From the NCBI RefSeq assembly GCF_963921235.1, contig NC_086097.1:59274001-59338000 (forward strand): a stretch of DNA of 64,000 bases, read 5' to 3'. The position numbers were made by a program, and so were the translations under genes. This stretch comes from Mobula hypostoma. Taxonomy: Eukaryota. Below are positions 13,050 through 25,549 of this stretch, piece after piece; position 1 is the stretch's first letter, and every line of letters begins with the position of its first letter. Under the pieces are notes generated by a model that worked only from the letters and a program-made list of their open reading frames with translations, was not told where the DNA came from and did not search any database.

Positions 13050-13140
13050 CAAGTCCTGCCAAAGGGTTTCAGGCCAATACGTCAACTGTACTCTTTTCCT
13101 AGATGCTGTCTGGCCAGCTGAGTTCCTCCAGAATTTTGTG
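13050..13140 (+). mobile_element. Penelope terminal fragment (single arm)
   Basis: AGTCCTGCCAAAGGG...TAGATGCTGTCTGGCCAGCTGAGTTCCTCCAG is homologous to the other PLE ends. Confidence 0.75.
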
Positions 13141-16100
13141 AGTATTGTAAATGTATTTTTTGATTAAGCATTCTTTGTTCACATCATTCATTATGAGTTA
13201 TATGTATGTGAATGGCGTACATCGTTATACACCTATTTCATATGTCAGCATCTTACATAAAAAGGGAAAAGAAAAACTAATTAGACAAATATCCTGGTTC
13301 TTACGTTCTTCTTTCACTTAGTTTCTGGAGTTACAAAACATAACATTGGCGACGAGGAAGTTTTAAAGTGAGCCTGAGAAGACAACTTACGTTTTGAAGC
13401 ACAGCAGGGTACAGAGATGTTCGAGTTAAATAAAAGCAGAAAATGGATGAAATTAACAAATATGGCCATGGGTTCATAGACAGCAAGTACCTGGTGATAA
13501 TAATAACATATTTTAAAAAAAGCAGGAATGGCTGGCTACACCGGAAAGGTAGATGCGTTTGATTGCAAAATAGATAACTGGCTGAAAAATCAAGGAGTAT
13601 TTTGAAGGAAATGAAATAGCCAATGAAAAACAAGTGCCAGTGTTACTGAGTGCAATATGTGGAAAAGGATGCCATTTGCTTAGAAGTTAAACTGCTCCAA
13701 CCAAAACAGCCAAAATGAGCTTTGCTTATTTTGTGAACTTAATTCAGGAACATTTAGAATCAAAACCATTACTGATTGCAGAACGCTTTAGGTCTCATAA
13801 GCAGAATCAAAAGGAAGGGGAGCTCACATGGCTGAATTGAAGAAATTGACCGAGCTTTGTCAGTTTACTGATGGGCTTAATGATGCACTGAGAGATCATT
13901 TAGTTTATGGAATCTTACAAGAAGGCATTCAAAAATGCTCCTAACTGAAGCACAACTTACATTTAGAAGAGCAGTTGAAATAGTTGTGTCAATGGAAACA
14001 GGAGACAGAGATAGTTGCTGGAAGGAATGAAAGTGAGTGTGAATAAAATCGCAATATATATACAGAAACCTGTCTGGCTGAACAAATTATATTGCCGTTT
14101 TGGCAGGAGCTCACGTTCACCAGACAAATGCAGGTTTAAAGGCGGAACTTGTAGTAAATGCAATGAAGTAGGACACAGAAACAAAGAGCATGTTGAGCAG
14201 ACAAAAATAAATGGACTGCTTGGGGAAGATAAAAAGATAAAAAGTCAAGTTACAGTTTCAAAAAGAGCACTAACCCGCATGCAGTTGATGAAAAATCTGA
14301 TCGTGAGGAGAGTGACACAGGACTGATAGCCTTGAAGTTTACAATATGAAAACTAGCAAGAGACAAGCAATACGGCTCACATCAGAAATGAACAACAAAT
14401 TAATTAGAATGGAATCAGACACAGGCTCAGCTGTTTCCATCATTTCACAAGATGAGTTTGAATGTCATTTCAAAGACACTGAACTAAAGCCTGCAGACAT
14501 CCAGCTAAGGAATTATACCAGAGAAAAGACAGCTCCTGATGCAGTGGCATTTGTAACAGTGAAATACAACAACCAACAGTAAACATTGGGCCTGAATGTG
14601 GTAAAAACAGGAGAGCCAGCATTGTCGGGCCATGATTGGCTGAGACAGTTACAAATTGATTGGAGATCCATTTGCCACTACCATACCACATCACCTGTAA
14701 TCGTGTGAACTGAAAGTGAATTAAGAAAGGTATTGGAGGATGCCACAACAGTATTCAAGGATAACATTGGAAACTTATCAAGGATGTCTGAACCCTTATA
14801 TCATTTGTGATAAAGTAGCCACTGAACTAGAACATATGGAGGCTGAAGGAATTCTTTTCAAGGCTGAGTTGAGCCCATGGGCAATGCCAGTGGTCCTAGC
14901 AACAAAGAAGAATGGGGCAGTCAGGATCTGTGTCAGTTTTAATGTAACCATCAACCCAGTACTGAACATACTGTAGGTCAATACCCTCTGTCCAGGATAG
15001 AGAGGGGATATCTTTGCAAACCTTTCTAGAGAAAATCACTTCAGCAAAATGAAATTGGCTGAGGTCTACTTGCAGTTGGAGATGGAAAAAGAGTCCGGTG
15101 TTTCCCACCATATACACTCACAAAGGGTTTTATTGCTACATTAGGCTTATTTTTGGAGTAGCATCTACACTTGCATTCTGGCAGAAAGTGATGGACCAAG
15201 TGCTGTAAGACTGCCCAGGTACTCGGTGATTTCTGAATGACATCATTGTTACAGGTGAGGATGACAAGTAACATCTTCAAAATATCAAGACAGTGTTAAA
15301 AAGATTAGAAGATTATGGACTCAGAGCACAGCGTGGCAAGTGTGAATTCTTTAAACCAAGTAACTGTGGTCACACCATTGCTGCACAAGGATTTACGCAA
15401 GTGTGCTGAAAAAATTAGCAGTAATGGATGCACCAAGAGCAAAGGACATGTCACAGTTGTGGTTCTTTATAGTATTTATCAATTAGAGATCAGGAAGAAA
15501 TGGCAATGAACAAAGCAAAGTGAGGTGGCTTTCCAAAAGGCAATGGAGATGCTGAAATCAGACACTGTACTCACACATTAAGACCAGCATCATTAAGTGA
15601 ATCAGTGATGCCTCGACTTATGGTATAGGTGAGTTATGTCACATGTTATGAGTGATGGAAGCGAATGCCCCATAGCTTTTGCATCACATTCCCCTCCACT
15701 GCAGAGTAAAATTACACCCAGTTTGACAGAGGCCTTGAACCTGGTTTGTGGATCATCATTGATCATCAATCATGGGTGTCCATTTTCAATCCATAGAAGG
15801 GTGTTCCACTAACAGCAGCAACATGAATACAGAATTGGGCTCTCTTTCTTGAAGGATATAATTATAAGATCAAATTCAAGAGGTGACCATTCATCAAATG
15901 CAGATAGATTGTCCCATTTATCCTTGGAAAAGGAAATACCTGAAAAATTTACTAAAGAGGACACTCCTCTTGACGTAGTCTCCCTAATGCAAATTGAGAG
16001 TCTCCCTATTACGACAGAGATGATCCAAAGGGGAGCAGAAAAGAATCCATGCGTTTTCAGGTTTGAAATGGCTGGAATGGGAAACAGAAATTCCAGTTCC

Positions 16101-17202
16101 CCTACTTTTACCATCCAAGTTGAGAGCTAAAGTGTTCGTGGAATTATATGGCAGTCATCGAGGCGTGGTCAAAATAAAAGCACTGGCTCAATGATTTGTC
16201 TTGGGATAGATCAGCAGTCGAGCAGTCTGCCGTGGAACGTTTGGGATACCACTGTCCAGAAGATGCCAAGAGCAGCGACTCTCCATCTGTTGAAAGTGTT
16301 GAGAAACCCCTTCTTAAGGAACAGTGTTCCAGAGCACTTACCTAGTTAGTTGCGGAGCATTTCAGTCATTCCTGCAAATGAATGGAATAAGACACATTAC
16401 ATCTGCACCTTACCACCCACCTACAAATGCCTTTGTGTCTAAAGAATGTACTGTGAGCAACGTCTGCAGAGCACACTACACTGACTCAGAACCTCACCAG
16501 TTTCCTCCCTGCATATTGTAATACAGCACGCTCCACAACCAACAACTCACCAGTTAGAGATGACCTATCAATCAGTTGAGGAGAGCAGAGTCAATTGTGA
16601 GAGAAGAAAAGTGTCCAGGTTTGTCAGTACCACTTCCTGCAGTCTCAGAGTCAACTCTTACAACCACCACAAAGGAGGCATCAGAATGTGAGATTGTTTC
16701 ACAGCCTCAAGTCTCACCTGCCAAGCAGAGTGACCTTCTCTTGTCAGGGGAGAGTAAGAAATCCTTCATAGCATTTAAATCTTTAGGCTTGAATGGGCTG
16801 AATGGGACAATTTAAAATTTATTGTGCTGTGAATGTCTATATAGTGATTGCATTATATACAGTTGTATACTATATATATACTTAAAGGGGACTAGAGAAC
16901 AATATGTTACTTAAAAATTTGAGTTGAGATGCATTCTGTATTGAGTTGGAATTCATAGCTTAGCGGGGAGGAATGTTGTGTATTAGATATTTCAGTAATA
17001 TTTGAGTAACATTGTAACTGATTACACATTCTTTGTTTATTTACAAAATTCATCATGGTTTATATGTAAGAAGTACATCATTACACCGCCATGTCATATG
17101 TGAGTGCCTTAGGAAAAATATGGAAAATAAAAACTAAGTAGACAAATATCCTGGCTCCTGTGTTTTCCTTTTGATTAGTTTCTGGAGTCACAAAACGTAA
17201 AA
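13141..17202 (+). mobile_element. Gypsy (Mag-like) LTR retrotransposon, internally deleted and pseudogenised, both LTRs present
   Basis: Partial 5' LTR to 13345; PBS; gag with Cys/His knuckles (CSKCNEVGH); protease MESDTGSAVSII; RT WAMPVV..KKNGAVRIC and FLNDIIVTG; RNase H; integrase GIRHITSAPYHPPTN; PPT GGGGAGGAA; 3' LTR 16974-17202. Confidence 0.93.
13347..13358 (+). promoter_or_regulatory. Primer binding site complementary to the tRNA-Ser 3' end
   Basis: TGGCGACGAGGA directly follows the LTR end ...CATAACA-T. It is complementary to ...UCCUCGUCGCCA of vertebrate tRNA-Ser(GCT). Confidence 0.8.
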
Positions 17203-17719
17203 GATAGCTGCTATTTAATACTCAGTGATTAATTCAAAACAATTTTTTTCCCTGTCACCACTACCTTTGGTTTAAACCCGATATTTGTGTTGTCTTTTTT
17301 TTCATTTATGGCCACTTACCAATTAAATATGCAAAAGAACGCTGATGCACAATATTTTATTAACAGTTTTTGTGTAATTGGAAGTACTGTTGATTCTGAT
17401 TCAATTTCCAGTCTCAGCTATTGTACTTTTGAGAGATGGAGCAGCTACTGATGAGATCCTGGTCATAGCTCTGTACTGAACCACTGAGGTATAGGATGAA
17501 GCTAGCATAAACCCACGTTAATGAATCTGTGCATTTCCCCTGAGCTTCAGATTCTTTTTTTTTGCCATTCATCTCTATTTAATATCCCTTGAGCCTTGTA
17601 CCTTCAGTGAGATGGAGACACAAACCTCGGATTACTTTATAATTAGAAGACTTCAGACCACAACTTAGCATTTTGTTTTATGATCATTTAATTTTTAAGT
17701 TTTTCTTGCATGGCTTTAT

Positions 17720-18700
17720 TAGCATCAAGCTACCCTACTTCATGGTAAATACTGCAGGCTTGGAAAGTGCATTTGAAGTAACCAGGCTGAATAACTGTCA
17801 TGCATTTTATAGATAGAACACTTTGCAGCCACTAACAATGCTATGGAAGGAATGAATACTGAGAGTGGAGGATTTAATGCCAATCGAGTGGGCTGCTTTG
17901 TTCTTAATGTATTGAGCTTCTGGTGTGGTTTCATTTTTCACTTATACCCTCTCCCTTTGTGTGAGATATGATTCCAATCTCTGGGGTGATATCCATTTCG
18001 TGTCTATTGACTTCAGTTTAGCCATGGTGCCATGACACCACACTAAATCAAATGCTGCTTGAAGCTCAAGCACAAACATTGTCATCTTACCTCTAGAATG
18101 CTGCTCTCTGGTCCATGATCAGATGAGTTCTGGACCTAAGTGATCCTGGCAAAACCCAAACTGAATATTGGTTATTGATGAACATTATCAATGATGGCTA
18201 CCAATTCTTTGCTAATTATTGTGAGTACATTGATTTGATGATGAAGAGACATTGAATAAGACAGCTTTCCATGTTATTAGGTAAATATCAGTGTTACATC
18301 TGTACTGGAATAGCTTGGTTAGAGGCAGATAGTTCTGGAATGTACCACTGCCAGGATGTTCTCTGGACCCATGACCCTGGCCACATCCAGTTCTCTCAGT
18401 CAATTCCTGATATCACATGGAGTGAATTATATTGGCTGGAAGTTGATATCCATGTTGATGACAATTCCTAGAGGAAACTAAGGTTCACCAGCTATTTGAT
18501 ACTTCTGACTGAGGACGATTATAAATAGTTCAGCCTTTCCTTTGGCATTCACAATGTAGGCCTTGTCAATGAGGATGGGGACATTCTGAGAAGTTCCTCC
18601 TCCCATTAGCTGTTCAGTTGTCCAGCATGATCATGACTATATGTAACAGGATTACAGAAATATCTTCTTATCTGTTCGTTGTTAGATTGCTTAGCTCTCT
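17720..18700 (-). mobile_element. Highly decayed CR1/L2-group LINE fragments
   Basis: Minus strand GCAGCATTTGATTTAGTGTGGTGTCATGG (AAFD.VW..G-like RT motif) and other weak remnants. Confidence 0.4.
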
Positions 18701-18877
18701 TTATCACATGCTGTTTTAGCTCTTTGTTAACTGCAACAAACAAAATTGCTTTTTGCTTCAAGGGGATAGTGTTAGTAAGAGACAAACATATATTGATGAG
18801 TGTGTCTTTAGGTAACAGCTGTGACATTCAGCAAAGCTTTGTTTTGTCTCCATCAGTATGCTGTCATTGGCCATTGG

Positions 18878-20050
18878 TTTATTATTGTCCCATGTACCAA
18901 GATGACAGTGAAATGTTTTTGCATGCCAATCAGACAAATCATTCAATCTATAGCTATATTGAGCTGGTACAAAAGGGAAAACAATGCCAGATTGATGCAA
19001 TATCTTCCGGTCAAGCTGGTGCTTGTGTACAACACTCCTTTGGTCGACATCTTCTGGATAAATCATGAAGCCATATGTTTCACTTCTTTTATGTCGTTTA
19101 CATTTGTTTTTCATCGTGAATGTGGTTCTGGAACTGCAGAAGCCTGTGATTTGCTATTTGGAGATCGCTTGGATATTCCAGTGCTCTGCAGTCTCCAAGT
19201 GGACTCTGGGAGGCGGAGGCACGTGCAGGGGGTTAGGCTGCAAGCCAACGTTTGACTCCATTTCACTGATTAAAGTTTCCATTGTTCACTGATTAAAGCG
19301 ATGAGGGAGATTGAAACATGGAGGCAAATGTAGAAGCTTGGAGATCGTTTGAGTGCTTTAGTGCTCTGCGGTGTCTGAGAGGATTAGGGGAGATGGAGGC
19401 AGCGTGTGTGAATTTTATGGCAAGAATGCTGCAGGATTTGTTGCAAACCGATGTTTAACTCCATTTTGCTAATTAAAGTCTCTATTGATCGCCAGTTAAA
19501 GCGACAAGGGAGATTGAAGCATCAAGGTGAATGCAGAGGGCAAGCGCCGGCTGCCTGTCTTTTGATGATATGCTACAGAGAGAGAAAAGTCTGCCGCTGT
19601 GCCCAGCTTTTTCTGCGTTTTGGATGTAGACTTGGACTAAAGACTTTTTTGCAATTTTATAGTTTTTTTATATTCTGGGTTTTTCACCTGATCTTTCTTG
19701 TTTTTTTGGTGTGTGGGGTGGGGGATTTTGGAGGTTGATGTACCTGTTCTGTTTTATTTATTTTTTATGTGGAAGGAGTGATTTTGGGGAGCGTGGGTTG
19801 CTGGGCCTGTTCTATTTTTGTTCATTTTTTTTGTGCAGGGAAGGTTTCTTCTGGGGGGTGTTGATGATCATGCTGCCTTTCTTTTCTTTCTTGGTTTTAT
19901 GGCTACCTAGAGAAGAAGAATTTCAGAGTTGTTCACTTTGATGATAATAAAATAAACCTTTGAATACAGAACATAATGTCACAGTTACAGAGAAAGTGCA
20001 GTACAAGTATTCAGTAGGATGCAAGGGTTGTGATAAGATAGACTTTTATC
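18878..20050 (-). mobile_element. LINE 3' UTR remnant (Rex1-type), split by the 19010-19963 element
   Basis: TTTATTATTGTCCCATGTACC... at 18880 continues as ACAGTTACAGAGAAAGTGCAG after 19963. Confidence 0.5.
19010..19963 (+). mobile_element. Non-autonomous element with degenerate AAGATGGCG head and Rex1-type tail
   Basis: Head CTTCCGGTCAAGCTGGTGC...ACTCCTTT...CATCTTC; internal ~180-200 bp duplication; tail GAATTTCAGAGTTG...AATAAACCTTTGAA. Confidence 0.7.
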
Positions 20051-20084
20051 AGCGAGTATAGAGTTCAAATCCTTGTTTGTTGTT

Positions 20085-20520
20085 ATCAGTGACTCCTGGG
20101 TTGGTAACTGAAGCCTGAAGGTTGCTTGGAGTCTGGAAGTTGAGACCTAATTGCTGGAAACCTGCAAATCTCTGCAAGTCCACTGGAGAAGTCAAAGGCT
20201 CAATGTTTGTGAATCCATGAGTCTGCTGAGTCTCTCCTAGAATTAGAAATGCGTATATGTGTGGGTGGGTGGGTGCGTAGGAGGAAGGAATAGGATCTGT
20301 TTTGCTGCTGTTTCTTTCTCGCTCGGTATATTCTGTTTTGTGGTGTTCTGTGTTGTTCTGCTGAGCACGGCAGGCATGTTAGGTTGGCATCAGAATGTGT
20401 GGTGACATTGGCAGGTTGACCCCAGCACATCTATGGCTGTGCTGTTTGTTAATGTAAATGACACATTTCACTTTATATTTCAATATACTTGTGACAAATA
20501 CATCTGAATCTGAATCTGAC
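20085..20520 (+). mobile_element. Non-autonomous retroelement 3' portion with (TCTGAA)n tail
   Basis: Last ~150 bp are homologous to the SINE tail at 53645-53785. Ends GTGACAAATACATCTGAATCTGAATCTGA. Confidence 0.65.
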
Positions 20521-20983
20521 TAGGTCATCAGAATTATTTATCATACTGTTGTAGAATGGCCAGCAAAGTACTATAAAACCTCCTTCCACAAGCAATTCCA
20601 GGCAACTTAAGTGGCATATTGAGCCTTAACAAGGCTTTAGATTGGGGGAATTGATGAAGAGAAGAGATGAGAATTCTGAACACAGACATCTCAAAACCTT
20701 AATTAAGAAGGGTCAAAATGTCCCTTGGTACAATCCCAAACAGAAGTGTGCTTTGCAGATGAAAATTGGTTTTCCTCCAACACTACAAATTTATAGCCAA
20801 TTCTGTGTAACTTTACACCCATTGGCAATGTGATCCCTGAATTTCTGGAAAGATCTTTTTGACTTAGTATTTTTTTCCCTAGAATAAAACTACTTTAAAT
20901 ATTTTTAACATCCGTAGAACTTTTATCATTTATTTGCAGTGACATTGTCAACCTCACTTGTCTGAATAATAAAACTTCTCACG

Positions 20984-21382
20984 TAAGACCATAGGAGCAG
21001 AATTAGGCCATTCAGCCTATCGAGTCTGTTCTGCCATTCCATCATGGCTGATCCCCGATCCCACTCAACCCCATTCACCTGCCTTCTTGCTATATCCTTT
21101 GATGCCCTGACTGATCAGAAAATGATCGCCTTCCACCTTAAATATAGGCCGGACTTGGTCTCTATTACAGTCTGTGGCAGAACATTCCACAGATTTACTA
21201 TGCTCTAGTAACAACATTCCTCTTTACCTCTGTTCTCAATTTTGAGGTTGTGCCCTCTAGTTCTGGATACCCCTACCATAGGAAACATCCTCTCCACATC
21301 CACCCTATCTAGTCCTTTCAACATTCAGTAAGTTTCAATGAGATCCTCCCATATTCTTCTAAATTACAGTGATTACAGGCCT
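20984..21382 (-). mobile_element. CR1 3' fragment
   Basis: TAAGACCATAGGAGCAGAATTAGGCCATTCAGCC 3' UTR and C-terminal coding remnant; similar to 55655-56075. Confidence 0.9.
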
Positions 21383-21587
21383 ATACTTACAGAAAAGATC
21401 AAAAGATTGAAAGAAGGCAGAGAAAATTTACAAAGAAGTTGCCAGGATCTGAGGACTTGAGTTAATAGAGGAAGGTTGAACAGGTCAGGATTTTATTCCC
21501 CAGAGTGTAGGAGAATGAGGGAAGATTCGACAGAGGTATACGAAATTGTGGGGGCATAGATATGATAAACACAAGTATGCTTTTTCC

Positions 21588-21903
21588 TTTTTTTTTGCGC
21601 GTGCCTGCGTGCGTGTGAGCCTGTGTGTTTGCGTCTGCATGTCCGTGCGTGTGTCCGTGATGATGCATTTTTCATGGCTTTTTTTACAAAGTGCAGAGCG
21701 AGAGAGAGACTGTGTGGCATGTCACTCATCACACAGTCATTTTCGCAGTATTTTCCCTTTATTTTACGAGGTTAAGTTGTGATCTCAACACTCAACCCGG
21801 CACGGATGGAAAGCGTACTCCGGGGCAGACCCGACTAGTTTCGAATCCGGGAACCTCTGCTCCCGGGTCCAGCGCCGATGTCGTTGTGCCACCAGCCGGC
21901 CCG
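21588..21903 (-). mobile_element. tRNA-derived SINE with A-tail and 15 bp TSD
   Basis: Minus strand GGGCCGGCTGGTGGCACAACG (A box-like)...GGATTCGAAAC (B box). Poly-A end. TSD AAGTATGCTTTTTCC (21573-21587) / AAGTAGGCTTTTTCC (21904-21918). Confidence 0.85.
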
Positions 21904-22150
21904 AAGTAGGCTTTTTCCACTGAGATTGGGTGAGACTAAAACTAGAGGTCATGGGTTAAGGGTGAAAGGTAGAATATTTAAGGAGAACATGAGTGGGAAC
22001 CTCTTCACTCAGATAGTGGTGCGAGTGTGGAATGAGCTGCCAGCAGAAATGATGGATGCTGGTTCAATTTCAACGTTTAAGAGAAACGGATGGGAAGGGT
22101 ATGGAGGGCTATGGTTCAGGTCCAGGTCGATGGAACTAGGCAGATTAATA

Positions 22151-22349
22151 TCAACAGACACAAAATGCTGGAGGAACTCTGCAGGTCAGGCAGCATCTAT
22201 GCCCATCTTCAGGACTGAAAAGGAAGGTGGAAGATGCCAGAGTAAAAAGGTGGGGAGAGGCAAAGGAGGTGTGAAGGTAATAGCTGCTTCTGCATCTTCT
22301 GTGTGTTGCTTTGGATTTCCAGCATCTATCGACTTTTTTGTGTTTATTA
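22151..22349. mobile_element. Penelope-terminus foldback element (partly deleted)
   Basis: Inverted PLE arms. TSD TAGGCAGATTAATA / TAGACAGATTAATA at 22137-22150 and 22350-22363. Confidence 0.8.
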
Positions 22350-22784
22350 TAGACAGATTAATAGTTTGGCGTGGCTGGAAAGGGATGAAGGGCTGTTCCT
22401 GTGCTGTAGTGTGCTATAACTCTCTGACTACATAAGTCTAACATCTTTGCATGACCAACCCTGATTACACTGATAAAAGGCCAACACTCACACTACATTT
22501 TTTGTCCGAACTGAGACCTTGTACCTTAATACAGAACTCACTCATCAATGGAAGTTGTAGCAAACTAAGGATGAAGATAATGTCCAGGTAAGGCTAGCTT
22601 ACAGATAGTGTGCAGTCATCTAGGCAAGAGAGGTCCATGAAGAGCATAGCTTCACTTTGCACAGATTGGGTTTGGAGCCGTTTGGTATACTGAGACAAGG
22701 TAAATATACAGATGAGGAATCATAGAGTAACACTTACTATTGGTCTTTTAGTTTACTAATTCAGAAGCATTATTGGCCTTTAAC

Positions 22785-22915
22785 ATGTAGTGCAGTGGTT
22801 AACTCGACGCTATTACTGCTTGGGGCATTCTGAAGTTCGGATTCAATTCCGGCACCATTCTGTGAGGAATCTCTGTGCATTCTCTCTGTGGAATGCACAG
22901 GTTCCCCTTATGCAC
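22785..22915 (+). mobile_element. Degenerate tRNA-derived SINE head with partial V-like domain
   Basis: TAGTGCAGTGGTTAA (A box) and GGATTCAATTCC (B box), then CTGTGAGGAATCTCTGTGCATTCTC. Confidence 0.6.
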
Positions 22916-24149
22916 GTATAAATAAAGAGTGTTTGTGGAGCGAGTGCAAGTTTTCAGGGTCCAGTTAATCAGTGACAACATGTGTGCCTGGACTGCTTTG
23001 CCAATGATAGGCAGTCACAGTTACACTCACCTTCTAAGTCTCAGATTATTCTAGGATGTTGCTAATTCCTGCTGCAGCAACACTGTAGGACCTCACTCAC
23101 TTTCCCCTTAGCCTTAGAAACAGACAGAAAAGACCTGCATCTGGCTGCATTGCAGGCTTCCTCAGGCTGCTGGCATTCAAATATTACCCTCATGTTTTGA
23201 CGAGAGAAATTCCTGGCAAGCTTCTGAGAGGATACCTGTTAAATCTTTCTGTGGCCCTCATGCACAAAAAAAAATGCCTCTGTGAGCACTGCCCAATTCA
23301 GCCTAACAACTGAGGAGAATCCTCCCATTCTCTGCCAATTATTCTGACATGCAATCATTTAACAGCCACACTCATGAAGCTGGAGCTGTGCTCTCCTCAT
23401 ATTCTGCTTTGTCTCAAGAGCTGTCTGCAGAGATCACATCTTATGGCTAAAACCTGGGAACTACATTAACCTGCAGTAGATCTGTAGGACATCTGTGCTG
23501 AAATTAATATTACGAGGCATTAAGTGGGTAATTCTGACAGTCTGCTGCATGAATCTTGGAAATGAACAGTATGATCTTTACAGAAGTCTTACAAACAGCC
23601 TGTGTCCCATAACACTGCTCTAATGCCATTAGTGTAAAAGAATGTTTAATGACACCTAGGTTAAAGTGATTTTTGATAAACCAAAGCTAAGCAGGACTTT
23701 CATGTTAAAAGAAGTTTCTTTACTGCCTAAAAAAACGTTGTTTACAATGTTTACAATGTAAACATTCCCACCCTCCCCAAACTGAAACTCAGCAAGACAA
23801 TATTCATAAAAACAATAATGAAGAATATAAATATGAATTAAAATTACCATTTCAAACAGGAAAATATTTTATCCAGCCCTAAGACATTATATTTTAATCA
23901 GTTTCAAATGTAAATCAATGAGAGATTTAATCAAAAACACAGATTTCAAAGTTAAACATTTTAATATCAGTTTACCCAGTGTAAAATTGGGAAATTGGGA
24001 AATTGGAAATTCCACATCAGCTGCTTATCCACAGCTGTGCCTAAAATATACTCGCTTTCTTCTATGACAACATTCTCCTTTTCTGTTTATTATTTCTCAA
24101 GTCAGTACGGGCTAAATATGTTTAAAATGTAGTTGCAATGCCTCCACCT

Positions 24150-25182
24150 AGACAAGTTCTCTTGGTGACACCTCGATGTTCTAAAAGCACTAAACAAACT
24201 GAACTAAACTCCTGGGAGCGCACATCTCATGCAGCCTCTGACGGTTGCAGAACACATCGTTCACAATCAAGAAAGCTCACCAACGCTGGTCAAGAGAGCT
24301 GTTCAATGCACGTCAATTTTCTTAATCCTCTACAGACCAGCAGTAGAAAGAATCTGAACAAGCTGCATCACCACATGGTATAGAAACTGCATTGTGGCGG
24401 ATAAGAAGGCTCTACAACAGGTAATCAAAACTGTCCAATACATCAGCAGAACCAGCTTACCCACCATCAAAGACATATGTACAGAAAGGTGCCAGAAAAA
24501 GGCCAGCAATTATGAAGGATGCCACCCATCCTCATCGTGGACTCTTCGTCCAACTCCCATCAGGTAGGAGACCACATAGCATCCTTGCCAAGACCACCAG
24601 ACTCTAAAACAATTACCTTCCCTAAGCAGTAAGGCTAGTCGATACCTCCATCCACTAACCCACCCCAGCACTAACCCACCACAAAAGCACACGTGAGATC
24701 CTGGAGGAACTCAGCAGACCAGGCAGCTTCTATGGAAAAGAGTAAACAATCATTGTTTCGGGCTGAGATGCTTCATCAGGACCCTGATGAAGGGTCTCAG
24801 CCCGAAATGCCAACTGCTTACTCACTTCCCTAGATGCTATCTGGCCTGCTGAGTTCCTCCAGCATCTTGTGTGTGTTGCTTTGGATTTCCAGCATCTGCA
24901 GGTTTTCTCCTGTTTGTGACTAACCCACCACCACTACTTTATTATTTCCTGCCAGAATCACCCTATATGCAGACACTGCTGTGGCTAGTGTCACAATGTG
25001 TACATACAATCAATCTATGTATATAAGCTATCTTATGTATTTATATTTATTGCATGTTTTTCTATTGTGTTCTGTATCTTAGTATGTTTTCTTTTACTGC
25101 ATCACAGTCAGAGTAACAATTATTGCATTCTCCTTTGCAGTTGTGTACTGGAAATTACATTAAACAATCTTGAATCTTGAAT
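24150..25182 (+). mobile_element. Rex1/Babar LINE 3' portion
   Basis: TGCATCACCACATGGTAT (CITTWY), CCATCAGGTAGGAG (PSGR), and AATCTTGAATCTTGAA tail. Interrupted at 24683-24918. Confidence 0.8.
24683..24918. mobile_element. Penelope-terminus foldback element
   Basis: Centre TTCATCAGG-AC-CCTGATGAA with inverted arms. Exact TSD ACTAACCCACCAC at 24670-24682 and 24919-24931. Confidence 0.9.
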
Positions 25183-25549
25183 GTTCCAGGATTAAAGAAG
25201 AAGCTGTTAACAATAAGACAGCATCATGACATTTCTAGCCCTCAGACTCCCTTTTATGGTTTTATTTGAAGTCAGTTAATGTTTAGTTCAGTCTTTGTCT
25301 TATTCTTTCTAGAAAACTACCCTGCTAAATCTCGAAGCCAGAAATCATTGCACTGTTTATATTCTTTGGAACATCTCACTAATCATTACTTTAATTCAGA
25401 CCAAGTTTTTCCTATTAGTTGCAAAAAAATTGTGTTATATATTGCTTAACTATTTGAGAACTTTTAAAAAGAATTTCTGCTTATCAAGAGGATAATTTTA
25501 AACTGTGCAAGTTTTCAGTTTTGACGATGGTAACATCCTAAAAGTGAAA

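Larger units (their letters stand above)
21383..22430 (+). mobile_element. CR1 3' fragment interrupted by a SINE and a PLE foldback
   Basis: TKTRGHGLRVKG..F..N.FTQ.VVRVWNELP; 3' UTR ending CTATAACTCTCTGAC. Confidence 0.9.
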
